Shown here one piece after another: positions 62,769-64,000 of a stretch of DNA of 64,000 bases. The DNA is from Heptranchias perlo. Taxonomy: Eukaryota. Within the stretch, counting starts at the first letter, position 1. Each line of letters begins with the position of its first letter. Below the pieces are notes generated by a model. The model searched no databases, was not told where the DNA came from, and saw only the letters and a program-made list of their open reading frames with translations. The position numbers and the translations under genes are program-made. The stretch is taken from contig NC_090325.1 in NCBI RefSeq assembly GCF_035084215.1, forward strand, positions 196,726,001 through 196,790,000, in the 5' to 3' direction.

Positions 62769-63295
62769 GGAGCCCCGCCCCCTACCCATCCCCCACTCCG
62801 GGAGCCCCGCCTCCACTCCCGCCAGGATCCCGCCCCCTCCCCACCGGGAGCCCCGCCCCCTCCCCACCTGGAGCCCCACCCTCTCTCACCTGGAGCCCCG
62901 CCCCCTTCCCACCTGGAGCCCCACCCTCTCTCACCTGGAGCCCCGCCCCCTCCCCACCTGGAGCCCCACCCTCTCTCACCGGGAGCCCCGCCCCCTCCCC
63001 ACCTGGAGCCCCACCCTCTCTCACCTGGAGCCCCGCCCCCTTCCCACCTGGAGCCCCACCCTCTCTCACCGGGAGCCCCGCCCCCTCCCCACCTGGAGCC
63101 CCACCCTCTCTCACCGGGAGCCCCGCCCCCACCCTGCCGGGAGCCCCGCCCCCTCCCCACCGGGAGCCCCGCCCCCTCCCCACCTGGAGCCCCACCCTCT
63201 CTCACCTGGAGCCCCGCCCCTTCCCACCTGGAGCCCCGCCCTCTCCCGCCAGGAGCCCCGCCCTCTCCCCACCGGGAGCCCCGCCTTCTCCCGCC
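62769..63295. repeat. Promoter minisatellite of alternating ~22-23 bp units (GGAGCCCCGCCCCCTCCCCACCT / GGAGCCCCACCCTCTCTCACC)
   Basis: Directly visible tandem units with a ~45 bp dimer period. Confidence 0.92.
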
Positions 63296-63569
63296 AGGTG
63301 CCCCACCCCCTCCAACCGTTACCGGGAGCCCGGCCTCTGCGATGAGGCGTACCAGCAGCTTTCGATGCTCTGCCAGTGAGCCTCTGGTCTTCCTCCATTG
63401 CTCCGTAAACTTCAGCTCATCCAATATTTTGCTGCTCACGTCCTGTCCCGTACAGAAACCCCACTCACCGCTCACCCCTGTCCTCATTGAGCTGTGTTGG
63501 CTGCCAGTCCCCAATTTAAAATTCTCATCCTCATAGCAACATGTTTAAATCTCTTCCTGTCCTGACCCC

Positions 63570-64000
63570 ATTTTTTATTCATTCATGGGATGTGGGCGTC
63601 GCTGGCAAGGCCGGCATTTATTGCCCATCCCTAGTTGCCCTTGAGAAGGTGGTGGTGAGCTGCCCTCTTGAACCGCTGCAGTCCGTGTGGTGAAGGTTCT
63701 CCCACAGTGCTGTTAGGAAGGGAGTTCCAGGATTTTGACCCAGCGACAATGAAGGAACGGCGATATATTTCCAAGTCGGGATGGTGTGTGACTTGGAGGG
63801 GAACGTGCAGGTGGTGTTGTTCCCATGTGCCTGCTGCTCTTGTCCTTCTAGGTGGTAGAGGTCGCGGGTTTGGGAGGTGCTGTTGAAGAAGCCTTGGCGA
63901 GTTGCTGCAGTGCATCCTGTGGATGGTACACACTGCAGCCACTGTGTGCCGGTGATGAAGGGAGTGAATGTTCAGGGTGGTGGATGGGGTGCCAATCAAG
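63570..64000 (-). mobile_element. Family-B LINE 3' end (continues beyond window)
   Basis: ORF 63631-63999 is near-identical to 18636-18947. Confidence 0.87.

Larger units (their letters stand above)
62150..63350 (-). promoter_or_regulatory. CpG-island promoter of MANBA with many GC boxes and an NRF1-like site
   Basis: Very GC/CpG-rich region around exon 1; more than 10 CCCCGCCC boxes at 62770-63290; CGCGCCTGCGCA at 62743-62754. Confidence 0.8.

Noticed and set aside
62150-63500. TFEB CLEAR element expected for a lysosomal gene
   Set aside because: No GTCACGTGAC/TCACGTGA match was seen near exon 1, only partial strings.
62243-63514. 423-aa ORF as a single-exon gene
   Set aside because: Only 62480-62713 is MANBA exon 1; the rest is promoter VNTR and intron 1 repeat read-through.

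Overview
Eukaryotic (vertebrate) genomic DNA. The repeat content (SacSINE1/Deu-type SINEs, CR1 and L2 LINEs, Penelope elements) points to a cartilaginous fish, probably a shark; this is inferred. One gene spans the whole window on the minus strand: MANBA (lysosomal beta-mannosidase, GH2). Coding exons 1-16 were mapped by hand from 62713 down to 2112. All have GT-AG boundaries, they join in frame (2472 nt, 824 codons), and they retain the catalytic NENE and ASEYG motifs. The last exon was not found and presumably lies beyond the left edge. The introns hold nested CR1/L2 LINEs, SINEs, a Harbinger-type MITE, a Harbinger transposase relic, several minisatellites (two born from TE internal segments) and a 200-N gap. 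The most notable signal is a Penelope-like (Neptune-type, RT + GIY-YIG) element and short non-autonomous derivatives from two families. These carry minimal hammerhead ribozyme motifs, fold-back structure and 7-14 bp target-site duplications. All four intact ribozyme cores are antisense to MANBA, while all three sense-strand copies are broken at the same core position. A TE-associated duplication has also created a second, decoy splice acceptor for exon 14. Most long ORFs in the supplied track are repeat artefacts.
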